Shown here: in pieces, positions 22,776 through 35,904 of the stretch | Numbering within the stretch: position 1 is the first letter of the stretch | How the letters are laid out: each line of letters opens with the position of its first letter | NCBI GenBank assembly: GCA_013239625.1 | Contig: MU053754.1 | Coordinates: 1,113,379 to 1,157,439, forward strand | Origin: Lama guanicoe | Taxonomy: Eukaryota | Direction: 5' to 3' | Length of the DNA: 44,061 nucleotides | Notes under the pieces: model-generated | Seen by the model: only the letters and a program-made list of their open reading frames with translations | Database searches by the model: none | What the model was told of the DNA's origin: nothing | Translations under genes and position numbers: made by a program

Positions 22776-25700
22776 GTCAGAGATAACTGATTTAGAAAAC
22801 ACATGCCCTGTAAAAATGTAGCAGAAGCTTTGATTTTAGTAGCACCTGTGACTTCATTTTGTTTAAAGTGCCTTTTTAAGTTACGTCTGTTGATATAAAT
22901 TGGACCTACTTATCGATTTCTTAATAATCACATAGATACATTTTTTTCAAAACATTTAGCCAAGATACCCTTAGTGTTGTTTTGGGGGGGGGCAGTAGCT
23001 TGTCTCTTTAAAGGCTTTCCAGCTGCATTTGGTAAGGATAAACTGTGAAGGAAGCACAATCTTTCTCTGACATGCCCCTCTTGGAAAAGCAAATGGAGAA
23101 AGACCGATACTTTCATGTGATTGTATTTATGAGTCTTAGACCGAATGTAGTCCACAGCCATTGCTTATGGGTTAGAGGGGATAGTGAAGTAAGGGCACAG
23201 AACTCACATATGGTGCCCATTTTCCTTTTAATTGCTTTCACTTGACGATGCAGTAACATGCATCTTCTCTGAGCAAGTGCAGTGAACACCCAGGAAAGTT
23301 AAAATTACATTTTAAAAGTTAAGAATGAGCATCTTAGAAAAACCAAGACTTGTGGCCTGCAAGAGCCATGGCCCACACTCACCTCTGCATTTCCACACCG
23401 AGGTGTCAGAATTTCGTAGCCAGATTCAGATCTCTTCTTTAACTGTGCTTTCTTCCTCCTCCAGTCTTAATTCCCTTCTGCTCAGCTTTGAACTGCATGA
23501 TCCAGGAAACACAGAGGGAGGTCTTTGGGAAAAAAAAAGGGAGGGGGTGAAATCCGGAGCTGGGATGCAACTGAGTCAAATGGATAAATAACAAATTTGC
23601 ATCCTTTGTAATGTGATTTCACAAGAATAGGTGACCCTCTATGTACTGGTCCCTGATGGCAAATTTCCTCAATTTAGAAATGAAAATTAGAGTTTGTCCA
23701 CTGGCTCACTACATATACACTCCACTTTTTGGAACGGAACACCCTCATCCCTTTGCTTACTTTTGCCCTCTCGCAATGTAGGTAGCCTATCTGGAGATCA
23801 TCTTCTTGTACAAGACGTTTTCCTCTTCAGCAAGATTGTAAAAATTCAGTCGCAGTATATACAGGGTTAAAGGTGTTACTTTTATTAATCACCTCGATTT
23901 TTACTAGGATGTTACTGAGAAGTGCCAGAAATGTGTTTGCTATTTTGTGTGCCGAAGAATATTTTTATGATGTTTTTAAACTTTGGTTTTGCAAAATATA
24001 CAAAGACCTGTCAAATAACATGATTTCAAGTTACTACAACTCTTTAAGAATGTCTCCTCGCCCCTCTTCTCTTCCCTCCCCCCGCCAAAGTCACCATAAT
24101 CCATCCATCAATTAGTGTTTGATTTGTTTGGTACCTCTTCTGCAGCCATGCTTACAGCCTGTTCTAGATTGTCATCACCGAACTTTTATTCTATCTCTGC
24201 ACTAATTACTAAAATTTAAATAAATAATAAAAAATAAAATGTCCTGGAGTGGGCATTTTTATATTTCAGGGGTCAATTGTATGGTGATGGTGGTGTTCGA
24301 CTGTGAACGTGTTTTTCACTCCTGTCCTCTCCCTCTGCTCCAGAAATTTTTAACTTTAGATTATTTGAAGGCTTTTGTTGATTTTAGTGTCTTACTGAGC
24401 ATAATAGCTGCTGGACTATGCAGGGAACACTGGGGTTTTGAAACCCAATGGTTTCAAATAATATTCAGTGTCAGTAAAATTGAACACTTGTCCCAGTGAC
24501 CAAGGCAATTAACTGATTTTACCCAAGTTCTAATGTTAGCAACACTACCGTGAGCAAGCATAAAGAGTCAGGCTTCTCACATGAGATTTTATAAATAAGC
24601 TGTAGATACTGAAAATCATACAGCCATGAAAGAAATGCTATATAACAGCCTAGTGCAGGAAACTAAAATATAAAGAGTAACTGGTGTATTTCTAGTTCTT
24701 GACATGACCAAAATAGTATTACTTTGCCCCTAAATGTGCATTTTGAGAAGCATAAGCAAATTAAAAGAAATAGAAATTATATAATTTTAGCCAAATCTTA
24801 AATGATATAACTTTAACTAAAAACCTCATTACTCACTTCTGAAGGGCCTTCTCTTCATGTGAAATGAATGAATTTTTCAGTAAAATTCATGTTTAAAATT
24901 CTGTGAAAGGAGTCCTTTTTAGCTCTTTAAAATGGAGCTCAAATAATCATAGTTTCATTCTGATTTCCATTCCTAAACATGAAAAGAAACCTACAGGTGC
25001 TCTTCAGAAATACTGAAAGTCTATTCTGTTGAAAGACTTAAGTGGGGTTTTTCTTCTTTGATGTTTTTAAGCCTACTGAAATTTACATTGAGCCGTGTAA
25101 ATACCATAGATTTGTAGAGAAGTTTCTGAAAATGAAAAAGGCAGCTTTTAACAGGAAACAGCGCCACTCGCTGGCCATATAAATAAAATGCAAAAGCAGC
25201 AGAGAGAATACTCTGATAACCTAATTTGTGGACTAAATTGTCAACTTTAAAGCATAAATCTGGAATAATCATGCCAGGTTCTTAATACCAACTAGATTAA
25301 CTCCATTGTGGACTTAAACACAGGAAAGCTTTCCTGTGTAACTACAGTCGCACTGAACTGAACTGGGGAAATGAGCATAGCAGTCTTCAAAGGAATTTTT
25401 CGCTAGCTTTGGAGCACTTCCCAGACTATTCACTACAAACTTAAGTGACCAAGGCATCCTGTGTGCGAATTATACTTAAGTCGCTCCTGTTCAGAACACC
25501 TCTGCAGCTCACACACTGCTTGCTTGTTTAGGTTTCATAAAGTAGGAGAATATAGGAATACAATTCAACACCAGGCGAGACTAAAGCGAGGGAAGTTGAC
25601 AGGCTTTATCTTCAGTGTTAACAAAAAGAAAGAGGACACAGAAACAGCCTTTCATCGCTCACTGGCCACTTCAGACAAGATAAACCCACAGTCAAGAGTT

Positions 25701-27152
25701 GAAGAGAAACACGTGTAAGAACTTACGGGAAGCACACTGATACCTGAGGCCAAGTGAACGGACTGAAATGTGACCAAGGAGCGAATTAACACTTTTTTCT
25801 TCTGAAGCCGCAGAGGCACCAAAAAAAAAAAAAAAAATCCCTTAGGACCAAAAAAAAACAAAAACAAAAAAAAGTTTTGGTTTACTTGCAGGGTCCTCTG
25901 CAGTGGGTAACTGGAACCAGCTGGGGAATATTCTGCTCTCTGACTGAATGTGAGGTGCTTCCAAGAGTCAGAGGTCAAAGGTCATTCCCATCCCTTTCCT
26001 TCTCCGTGCAGTTGCTTCTGGACCTCCCCCTGCCCAGCCCTTCTTCACAGGCTCACACTCCCTCCCACACAAAACACTGCCTTTGAGGTTCAGGTCATGA
26101 ATGAGGGCCAAGCCCACTTGGCTTGGTCCACTGTGTTTCCTTAGCAACCTGTGCTTCCCTGGGACCAAGAGAGACAAGAGTTGATCAAAGATGGTAAATA
26201 GGTTTACGTGGGATTCCTAGTGGGAGTACTTTTCCTATGGTCCTTTATTGCGTCATGTAGAGAAAGCCCTAAGCGACACTGGAACGACTTCTCAGCTCAA
26301 AAAGAACGTAAGTGAAGGAACGGACACGAATTCACCCCGTTTCTTTTTCTTTTGACAATAATTAGGAGCTGGATGACTGTGGTCAGGCAGCAGTCATCAT
26401 CAAGGCACCTATTTTCAACATCTTTTTCACATCACTCTTCATATAGGTGAGGACTGTGCTAGGAGGAGTGTTCACCTGAGAGCCATCACATGGGCACACG
26501 TGTACTGGGTCACAGATACACAACACGCCAGTTCAGAGGAGAGCGGATCGCTGGAGAGCCGGCTGACTGACCCCGTCCCACTAGCAGGACCTCACTACGT
26601 GAATTACTGCTTCCTGGCCTTATGCTCAATGAAAGAAATGTAAGTGACCTAAGCCCCTTCTTGTTTTCAGAGAATTAGGTGCACGTGTTCAATGTTAATT
26701 TAATGCCAAATAATTTCTACTCTAGGTAGAGATTTTTCCCTCCCCGTCAAAAAGATTAACTGAAATTATAGCTATGCCTGAAAAAGTTTTAGAGTTATGA
26801 CTTTATCATAATTGCCTATCCACAGATTAAGGGATTCTGAGCAATGATGTGGCCGAAAGACTTAGAAGTAGTGAAGCGTATCAGTCTGGAATCAACCTGG
26901 TGTTGAAATGTCAGTAGTAGCAAATTCCTCCACGTCCTGGATCTCCACATCTGCCCCTCATGAGAGACTGTAATAGAAACTACCTCCCAGGATTATTTTG
27001 AGACAATATTTCAAAAGGACTGGGTAGAGACCTTCAGTGAATGAATGCCCCAACTAGGCAAGGGAAATAGAGCAGTCACAGTTTTAACCCATGCATTTAT
27101 CAGGAAGCTTTTGTGTTTGTTTTTAGCGACTCTTTTAGTATAAATTTTATAC

Positions 27153-27366
27153 CAGGGCATCCCTCTTCATCACTGCTGACATTTGGGGCTAATTTGCCGA
27201 GGTAAGCTATCCTCTGCGGTTGGGAGCTCATCTGGTTTCCACCACTAGGTGTCAGTAGCATCTGCCCTGCCCTACACCTGCAACCATCAGCGCCAACAAA
27301 ACCAGCTCCAGAAAAGTACCACGCGTCCCCTCTGGGACAAAGTCGCTCCCAGCTGAGAACCACCCT
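27153..27366 (-). mobile_element. Degraded MER20
   Basis: 'cactgctgacatttggggc...tcagtagcatc...tcccagctgagaaccac' matches MER20 in reverse orientation. Confidence 0.65.
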
Positions 27367-27533
27367 GTTAGCCCAATGTATCTGGTAGTTTAGAAGAGTC
27401 GACTCCCATTCACGGAAAGATAATGTCAGCCACGGGAGGCTGGAGACAGATCCAAGAAGGTGAGCTGCCCAACTGGAAGATGCGAGGAGCCGACATATAC
27501 CAAAACAGCAGCTTACTGCAGTACCAGTGGGTG

Positions 27534-27666
27534 GCGCGTGCGCTCAGGTGTAGGCACTTGTCCTTTCATTATGTCCACGCATGCGTATTGTTCATAATCC
27601 GTACTCAGGCTATTGGCGCATGCGTATTGTTCATAATGCGGACTCATGCTACTGGCGCATGCGTAC
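27534..27666. repeat. Short 39-bp tandem repeat carrying (A/G)CGCATGCGT palindromic cores
   Basis: Cores at 27577, 27616 and 27655 (39-bp period; the first two are followed by ATTGTTCATAAT), plus a related GCGCGTGCGC at 27534. Confidence 0.85.
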
Positions 27667-28234
27667 ATTTACTTCTTACCTCATACACATACCAGTTATT
27701 GTGAACTTTGACGTGGGCCCCACGGCCTACTCACTTAAGACTGCTGACAGGTAAAAACGATTTTTAAGTGACTTTTGAGATGGACATTAGGTTCTGAACG
27801 TGAAAACCAAGTCTACTTTCCAAAATGATTCATCAAAACAGCTTACTTGACAAAAATGGTATTGGTAATATAGAAACGATGACAGACTCAAGGGAAAAGC
27901 AAATATCCGGGACAACCACTGTCTGTTTCTCCAGAGAATTCAAGATAAGCAGTCAAACCCAAGACACTATCCAAAAGGAACTCACCCAGCACATGCAAAC
28001 ACCACAGCTGTTCTACACCCAGTCCAACACTCCACCTGATTTTAAACACCTATCTTTAAGGGCTTGCTACATAGAACTACATTATGGGGAGTTAATTTAA
28101 TAATACATTTTTTTCTTATTTTATTTTTTGCTTTTTAGTCAACTTTATTGAGGTAAATTCACTAAAAACAGAATTAACCTCCATAAAAATAAAATTAGCC
28201 AATTTTAAATGAGCAATTTGGTTGTTAGGACATA

Positions 28235-29220
28235 ATAGGACCTACACCATACAACCCAGAATTCTCAGGTCTTGGAACTCGGACCCTAACTGCACCACTG
28301 ACTTGCCTGGTTTTCCAACTTGCAGATGGCAGTGAGGTGGGAAGCCCCATAAAAAGACCGGCAGGACCCCTAGGCAGGGCTGCTCCTCTCCTCCCAGCAC
28401 TGTCCGGTTCCCTGGTCCAGAGGTTCTATCTCACTGCCTGCCTCCAAAGCGGCTAACTTACACCTAAAATTCTATTGGTTCACTGAGCTCACTTCTGATT
28501 GGTTATTTCCTTCACTCCTGATTGGTTATTACTCTCACTTCTGATTGGTTATTACTGTCACTCCTGATTGGTTATTACCCTCACTTCTGATTGGTCCACT
28601 TCCCTAACTTCTGATTGGCCCATTTGTAGTACTTCATTTGCATGGAGTTCACTCCTGATTGGTCTGTTTCTACAAAGCTTGGTCCTAGTTGGTCAACTTC
28701 TGTTGTACTTTATTTACATATGATGTTGCAAAGTATAAAATTGGCAGCCTATAAAAGGCCTGTGTAAACCTACACATGGGGTCCAGAGCTTGGAATGTTA
28801 ACCCTTCTGAGCCTGCTGGCGTAATAAACCTGAGTTCTTAAACTGTCTGAGTGCACCCGGATCCAGGTTGCTGTCACAACTGAGCTGTAACACCGAGCTG
28901 TAACACATGTTTCCACAATAGCAGGTGGTGGGACTTCTTGGCCTCCACAGCTGTCAGCCAATTCCTAGAATAAAGCTCCTCTTAGCTATTTATCTGTCTG
29001 CTTATCTATCTGTCTATCTTACTGTCTATCTATCCACCTGTCTATCCATCCATCCATCTTTCCACCCACCTAACCATCTATCTTCCTACCTACCTATCTA
29101 TAGTATCATCTATCCATCCATTATCAGTACATCTAATCTATCATCTGTCTGTCTGTCTATCCATGTACTTACCTATCTATCTTCCATTGGTTCTGTTTCT
29201 CTAGAGAATCCTAATATGTA
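28235..29220 (+). mobile_element. MLT2 (ERVL) LTR interrupted by a younger LTR, with an internal (ATCT/ATCC)n microsatellite
   Basis: The MLT2 motif 'ccaacttgcagatggcag' resumes after the insert as 'gtggtgggacttcttggcctcca...gccaattcct...aataaa' and ends 'attggttctgtttctctagagaatcctaa'. ATCT-type repeat at ~28985-29180. Confidence 0.8.
28333..28920 (+). mobile_element. ERV1-type solo LTR with a tandem CCAAT array
   Basis: Starts TGAGGTGGGA. GCAG at both flanks (28329-28332 and 28921-28924; 4-bp TSD). 23-24-bp repeats containing ATTGG, TATAAAA at 28750 and AATAAA at 28823. Confidence 0.85.
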
Positions 29221-29511
29221 AACTTCTGCTTCTCTAACCTCATAACTAACTCTGCAAAAGTCTTGAGCACAGAAGAGAAAAAAACAAAACAAAAAAATAC
29301 TTGCACACTAACTTAGCTAAGACAAAGGGAAGTAAATAAACTAAATCCAACCCCAAATCAGAATGTTTAAACCCAAACCATAATTATTTTAAAAGTTACT
29401 TTAAAGTTATCAATCCATAGGTATTTTATGTCTTAGAGAAATTATAATGGTCTTGTATGTAAATTTGCATGAATTAACAGCATGGAATACTCTATAAATT
29501 AAATTACTAAT

Positions 29512-29546
29512 TTTATTATTAGTAGTAGTAGTAGTAGTAGTAGTAT
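29512..29546. repeat. (TAG)n microsatellite
   Basis: tattattagtagtagtagtagtagtagtagta read directly. Confidence 0.9.
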
Positions 29547-29928
29547 TTTTATATCTCTGATAAGTCACTGAAATGTTCACCATAAAGAAATAGACTTAGA
29601 AGTTACACATTGCTACCAACATGTCAAAACAAAGAAGTGAAAATTTTTAGTCTATTCCAGAACTCTTTCCAAGATCAGAAACATTTTTAATGCACATTTT
29701 TCAGTATCAAAGTGAAAGAAAATCTTTTTACAAAATATAAGCAAGCACACAGGAAGCCATGGCATAACTATAGCTACTACACTCTCTTTTAAGTTGGAGA
29801 GTTGTATCATTTTATTTGCAGATACTTTAAACAGATAAGGTAGTAGTGAAGCCTTGGGGCAGGGTCTTCGTTCCTCCTCAACCATCCACTATGGGTGGCT
29901 TTGATTTCCTCTGTTGCATCATTTAAAC

Positions 29929-30082
29929 CAGGGCTGCTCAATGCTGGTGACAATCAGCCATTAAAAAATGCAGATGGCCAGGTCCCAACTCGAGACACCT
30001 TCATTTAATGGGCCTGGGGTAGCTTAGGTATCAGTAATTTTTAAAGCATCCAGGTGATTTTTATGATGCCACAGTTGAGAGT
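29929..30082. mobile_element. MER5-like hAT-Charlie fossil
   Basis: 'cagggctgctcaa...aaaaatgcagatggccaggtccca...tttttaaagcatccaggtgatt...agttgaga'. Confidence 0.65.
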
Positions 30083-30162
30083 TAACAAGAGTTATTTGTC
30101 CCTGAATTCAAATAATAGATTTAAGAAAACTTATGAGAATCTGATGATGATGGTAGGAAACT

Positions 30163-30383
30163 CATGATTTCTCAACATCGACACCGTAACGTTTTGCACA
30201 GGATCACTCTTTGTTGTGGGGACTGTCTTGTGCAATGCAGGCTGATGAGCAATATCTCTGGCCTCCACCGACTGGATGCCAGTAGCACTCTCTCCCCAGT
30301 GGGACAACCAACGATGTCTCCAGACACTGCCCAGTGTCCCCTGGGGGACCACATGTCTCCCCTCCCTGGGTTGAGAACCAACA
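30163..30383 (-). mobile_element. MER20
   Basis: 'tttctcaac...ggatcactctttgttgtggggactgtc...gatgccagtagcac...tgtctccagacactgcccagtgtcccctggggg...gttgagaacca' is reverse-oriented MER20. Confidence 0.85.
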
Positions 30384-31129
30384 ATGTAACTAATTCATGC
30401 GTCAGGGATATCCATGTAATAATTGTAGGAAAAACCAAACACACAAACACGTCCTTCAATTAAAACAGCAATATCTAACCATGTTGGGGAGAAAAAAAGG
30501 AGACAGTATTTTTAAATGATGTTCTGGATGTTTTGGATTAAAAATAAACCAACATAAAAGTTTTCAATTTCTTGTGGGGTTTCGTCTGGATCCCTGCCCC
30601 ACCCCGTCTCCTAGCCTCCAAGGAACTTCCTGTAGAGATAAAAACCTCTCCGTCACCTGCCCCCTCACCACCCGAAGGCTGTAAACAGCTCCCACTTCCA
30701 CATCCTCATGACCAGCTAAGACTGCACAGCCCCCTCCCAGCAAGCTGCAGCTTCCTGGCCCCCTCACCTCCCAGAGGTAGCCCCCCGCCCTGGGAGGGAA
30801 GTACATGCATTCACTCGCTCTCAGTCTCCTTTTCTCGGCCTGTCAGGAGAGAAGTAATGTCCAGTAGGTTTCCTCGCTTCTTGTAGGCTCTCCTCCCTCC
30901 CTCCCGGCTTCAGGATTTTCACTTGTGTCATTTTGTATTTTCCTCCTCCAGCCACAAGTTAAATAATATCCATTCATTCAGTGACTGAGCCTCTTGCTCT
31001 GTTTCCGGCACTGTCCCAGACACTGTGACAGGTAATAGACAGAGTGAAGTCTCCACCCTGCGGAGTTACTCATTAATAGGCGGACATGCTTGCATTACTC
31101 TAGACAATGACACTCAGCCGTACAGTGTG

Positions 31130-32780
31130 CATTTCCCAGGTGCACCAGCTCCTCTTTTAAACAAATGTTCCACCAGTGAACCTTTCTACCTCCAAAGAAT
31201 GTGAAGAATGAGATTTTTTTTTTAATGTTGAACTTGCCTTCCCAGGTACCTGAAGGCAAGTGAACGCTGTAACTGGTCTGCTGGGATCGTTCTGTAACCA
31301 GCCATCCCATTGCACTTGGTCTTGTGCTGTTGGACAGGCATGACTGATATGTTGAGCAAGTTCAAAGGAATGAATGCTCTGACTGCCAGCGGGGGAGGGC
31401 ACCGCAGTAGCCCTGAAAGGGAGCTGCTGGTCTGACGTCATCCATGTCCAGGTCACTCTGGGGACCATCCAGCAGGGTGCAGCTTCATAGCCCCAGCCTC
31501 ATCAGATAGCGGGAGAAACAGAGCAGGACCCTGGGGGCCTTCCCTGGTACAAATCCTTTCCATGTCTCCCATTTCTTGTTTGGAAGAGATGGGCTTCATT
31601 CAGCCTCCTGGACCTTCGCTGAGCTCCAAGGGGCAGAGTCAAACAGTTGCTAATCTGGGAAGGGAGGGGGTACAGAGACAAGGGAGGAGCAGTCAGGAAG
31701 CAGTAGTGCAGCCTTGGGACAGGGTCTTGGTTCCTCCTCAAGGAATATAAATAATGATACCTGACTTCTTCTGCGGGGACTAAAGATGGCAACTTCAGCA
31801 CTACCCTGTTATGTCACCACCAACCAGTCAGAAGAAAGTCACACACACTGCAGCCCCCACCCCAAATTTTGCCTATAAAAACTTCTCCCCCCAAACCATC
31901 AGGGAGTTCAGGGCTTCTTAAGCACAGGCCACCTGCCCTCCTCACTCAGCCCTGCAATAAACCCTCCTCTGCTCCAAATTCCCAATGTTTCAGTTTGTTT
32001 GGCCTCCCTGTGCATCGGGCACATAAACTTTTGTTCAGTATTGGGTCCCTGGCTAGGGTCACCTGCATTGGGGAGCCACGTGATTTGATCACAGCTGTGA
32101 AGTTTGGAGTGGTCCAAATGCCACTCCCAGGATGAGACAAATAAAACGGGGTTCATCGAGGTGACCCTTGCCCTGAGCTGTGAGAATGGCCCTGAGTGCC
32201 GCCCACTTTTGGACTCGCCTCGCTGGTGATGACAGTGAATGGCCACTGTAGCCTAGTGGACACCGCTGGGTTTCATCTCAGCCAAATCATGGGTGAACCG
32301 GGCCCTGGCACTTAGGGGAAACTGGGAACCCAGGGCCCCACTGAGCTAATGGCTTTGCTTCGGGTGATGAGGGTGTGACAGAAAGTTTCCCGCAAAGGGG
32401 TAGCCGCCACCACGGCAAGCTGAGGTGCCCTGGAGCTGCCTCCCTGAGCACCCCATTTCCACTGGACCAGCAAACCTGCCTGTTGGGCCCTTCTACCTCA
32501 TCAGGCACAGAATCAGAGCTGACCCGCCCTGAAGTGGGGTACCAGGTGGGAGACCACAAAGCCTCCGCAGGTCCCGTGTTCAGCTTTGACAAGAGCCCAG
32601 CACTGTACTGACAGCAGCGCCTTAAAGAGGAGAGCTGGAGACTTCTGCTGTCAGGGCCGTCTGCTGGGTACATGGGACCAACAGACGTAGCACTGACAGT
32701 CCACAGGACCCCTCAGAAGTGAGCCATGGCCACGTTCCCATGAAGATGACTGTGTCCTGCCTGTGGTCCTGCTGACAGTG
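31130..32780 (+). mobile_element. Possible highly decayed ERVL/MaLR internal (pol-like) sequence, interrupted by the LTR at 31508-32040
   Basis: Scattered resemblance to recalled ERVL-int pol segments (e.g. 'gaggtgaccc...tgtgagaatggccctgag', 'cctgcctgttgggccct...cacagaa'). No intact ORF. Confidence 0.3.
31508..32040 (+). mobile_element. ERV solo LTR
   Basis: LTR architecture: TATAAAA at 31874, AATAAA at 31956, and a U5-like end 'gtttcagtttgtttggcctccctgtgcatcgggcacataaacttttgttcagta'. Confidence 0.75.
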
Positions 32781-34134
32781 GCGGTGAGACGCTGTGATTG
32801 TGCTGAGCCCCACTTAAATTTCAGAGCAGTTAATACGTGCAAAAATAAACAGATGTCTTAGAACTGGTGACCTAGGCAGCAGGGTCCAGCTCACCGCTTG
32901 GTTGTGAGGCTTTAGATGCACTCATCCTTATTCGGTGCACAGAGGCGGACACATGGTGAGTGGGCACTCGGGGTAGCTCATTTAAACCAAGCACTGCCTG
33001 CCTGCTTTACTCCTTGGGCCAGCTTAATGCGTCTACACCCTGGTACCTTACACGAAGACAGAAGAGAATATAAGAAAGGAACCCGTATTTGTCATATGAT
33101 GTTAAAATCCTTATTAGGATGAAAAATGGAATGAGTTTCTCTGTAAAATAAAGAAAAGCTAGAAATGAATTAAGAGACTAATTCTCTTCAAAAACCTTAA
33201 ACCGAGGCCATAATTTCTAATGTGGCGCTCAAATACACCTCAGCTCTGCTTGTGTCAGTAGGACTATAATTGCCACCCTGGTGACAGCCCGGCTGAATTC
33301 TCTCTTTCTATTCTGAACGTGGGTGGCCATTATTTATTTCCAATCTCATAAGATTTCTAGAAGATAGTTTAAAAGCAATTCTGGAACTGTCATCCCAGAC
33401 TTTACAATTACACTGACTGACTGTATTGATTTTTATTTCTCATGCTAAATGACTAGTAACTGTGAAATTTAAGTGAGAAAGAAATTGATGGTTCAAAATA
33501 ATGTAATGAAACTCTGAACATAAAGATGTTAGTAGATCATTATTAGCTGTGTTTCCAAGCCTAGCAGAACATTCCCATGACCTACGAAGAATGAATAAAA
33601 CAAAATGCACGGTGCTTTTCACGATGCTATTACAATGTGAACGCTTACAGCTGCAAAATGTGACGTCTGCTTTATAACTACGTGTGAAGTGCCAGTAGAA
33701 GGCTTAACACATTCTGAGTCTTGTAACTGTTACCTATCTCACGGTCTTAAAAATCTCTTTCCTTATAGAGCTATTCCCTATTTCTGTCGCTGTAAATTGG
33801 TGTGATGTTTTAGCAAAAACTTAGGAGATGGGGTTTCTCTGCTCTGCATCTTATATTCCCTAAGAATAACGAATTGGTTGAATATCTCCTGTAAATATAC
33901 ACTTACAGTTTATCTGCTTTATTTGCATAATGTTCATAAATAGTCTAATTAAAAGGTCACTGGAACTTTATGAAAACATTAGCAAACAGTAGACAATCCA
34001 TTGGAAGTTTCACCAATCTTAGCATTTTCTAGTGGGTTCAGAACCTCCTGGTTTGACTTGGTATGTGTTAAGAAAGAAATCCTAAGTTGTTGCAATGCCT
34101 GGCAATTTAGGATTATTATTTAATATTAATGAGT

Positions 34135-34290
34135 CTGCAAGGGAAACATCATTATCTGAGTCTTACAGATGAGAAAAGGAAGTTTCAGGGAAAGTAAGCC
34201 ATTTGCCCAATGCACACAGTGGGTAAGTACAGAACTGTTACCCAAACCCAAGTCCAGCTACTCCAAAGTCAATGCATTTTGCAACAGTCC
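34135..34290. mobile_element. MIR SINE
   Basis: 'ttacagatgagaaaa...aagtaagccatttgcccaatgcacacag...aacccaagtccagctactccaaagtc'. Confidence 0.65.
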
Positions 34291-34680
34291 ATTCTTCCAG
34301 ACACCAAAAATGAACAGAAAGATTTAGTGGAAGGAAGAAAGAAATTGGGAGGCAGAATAAATTCACCCACGCCTTCATCTGTAATAACCTGAAGTCAAAG
34401 GCTAGCATGAAAATCTTACACAGAAGCAAAAGATTTGTAAGTAAAAAAAAAAAAAAAACACTAAGAGCGATGATATTATTTCAGTGAACTACTCAAAAGG
34501 GTCAACCTAGTCAAGAAATTAAGTGACCCTACAGGTCAGAAGTCAGGGCAGGGGTATTGACCCACTCAGAATGTCTAGAAGCATTGACCTCTGGTCACAT
34601 GGACAGCCAGAGTACGTGGCCATAATCTCTTACATGAAGCAAAGGTCAGAACGTTGTACAGGTGGTCCAAGATTCTAAAA

Positions 34681-34908
34681 CAAGGTCAGCTAATCATGGC
34701 CCAGAAGCCAAATCCTGCCTGCTCTCTGTTTCTGTAAATAAAGTTTTATTGGAACACAGCCACTCCCACTCATTTGCATACCATCTACTGCTGCACTGAG
34801 GCAACAGGCACAGAGTTGAGAGGTTATAACGGAAACCTGATGATCTACCAGGCTTAGAAGACTGATGAGCTGAGCTGGTGCTTTATGGAACAGGTTCGCC
34901 AACCCCAA
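34681..34908. mobile_element. MER58A (hAT-Charlie)
   Basis: 'gtaaataaagttttattggaacacagccac...ctcatttg...gagttgag...ggttcgccaacccc' matches MER58A. Confidence 0.85.
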
Positions 34909-35904
34909 GTATGAAGCACAGACCGATGACTCGGCAAACAGCATTCTGAATGCGATGGAACCACTCAGCTTGCCTCCTGCCTGTGCACCCTTACCATAGT
35001 CTCACCCGCCGTGTCGTGTTCCACAACCCCAACACACTTGCTGTGTATCTGACTGTCCATTAGCACCATCCCTGGCACTGCTCCTTTCTGCTCACAGCAG
35101 GTGTCTAGCGGGTTGTCTCCTGCCCACCTGCCCTGCCAGTGTGGACCAGCGTCATTAGAGCGAGCTCTCAAAGCACAAGAGAGATGATGGCTCTCCCCCC
35201 GCCTGCCTGCCACCCGCCGTCCTTGTAGAATGAATCCAGTCCCTTCCCAGTCTTCCAGCCCTGTGGGATACACCCTGCTTCCCTCTCTGATCTTGTCCCC
35301 TCCTAGTTCTGCCCAAGCCCCTCACAAGGCTATCTTGCTGCACTTCAAGTTCCCTCCTCCCTCAGAAGAAGAGTGCATGCCCTTCCCAGGGCCACAGACA
35401 TTTTTACACCCATCAGCCCTGTGTCCTCCAGGCCCTGCTCAAGTGTCACAGTCACTTTCTTTGCCACAAGGAAAACATTCCAGCAGAAGTACGCCTTGTC
35501 GGCCTGAGTACTGTGTTCTGAATGTCATTAGACAGAAGTGGCAAATCTCCTCAAAATTCTCGATACAGAAAATTCTCGTACGTAAGTAGACTTTTACTTC
35601 CCTATCATCATGATAACAAAAAAAAAGTTGTCAAGTGGATTGTAATAAACTGAGAAAAAGATCTTTTAGTCAAGTTCCAATTCCTCCATTTCTAGTCATA
35701 TATACACTCTCAACCCCCAGTCACAAACTAAACCCTGCCTCATTTTTCTCTCTAACGCTGTATCTGCCTGAAATGGTGTTATTTATATGTATTTATTTAC
35801 TTATTTTATTCACTTGTTTGCTCTTTGGCTCTAATTAGAATTTAATCTCAATGAAAGCAGAGTTTTTTTCCTATCAAATTTGCCACTCTTGACACATAAC
35901 AAGT

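Noticed and set aside
25817..25875. Paired poly-A tracts suggesting a retrocopy tail
   Set aside because: No recognisable upstream mRNA or SINE body and no convincing TSD.
28470..28665. Regularly spaced repeats as a CRISPR-like array (also 27534-27666)
   Set aside because: Eukaryotic context, no unique spacers, no cas genes. These are contiguous tandem units, the former inside an LTR.
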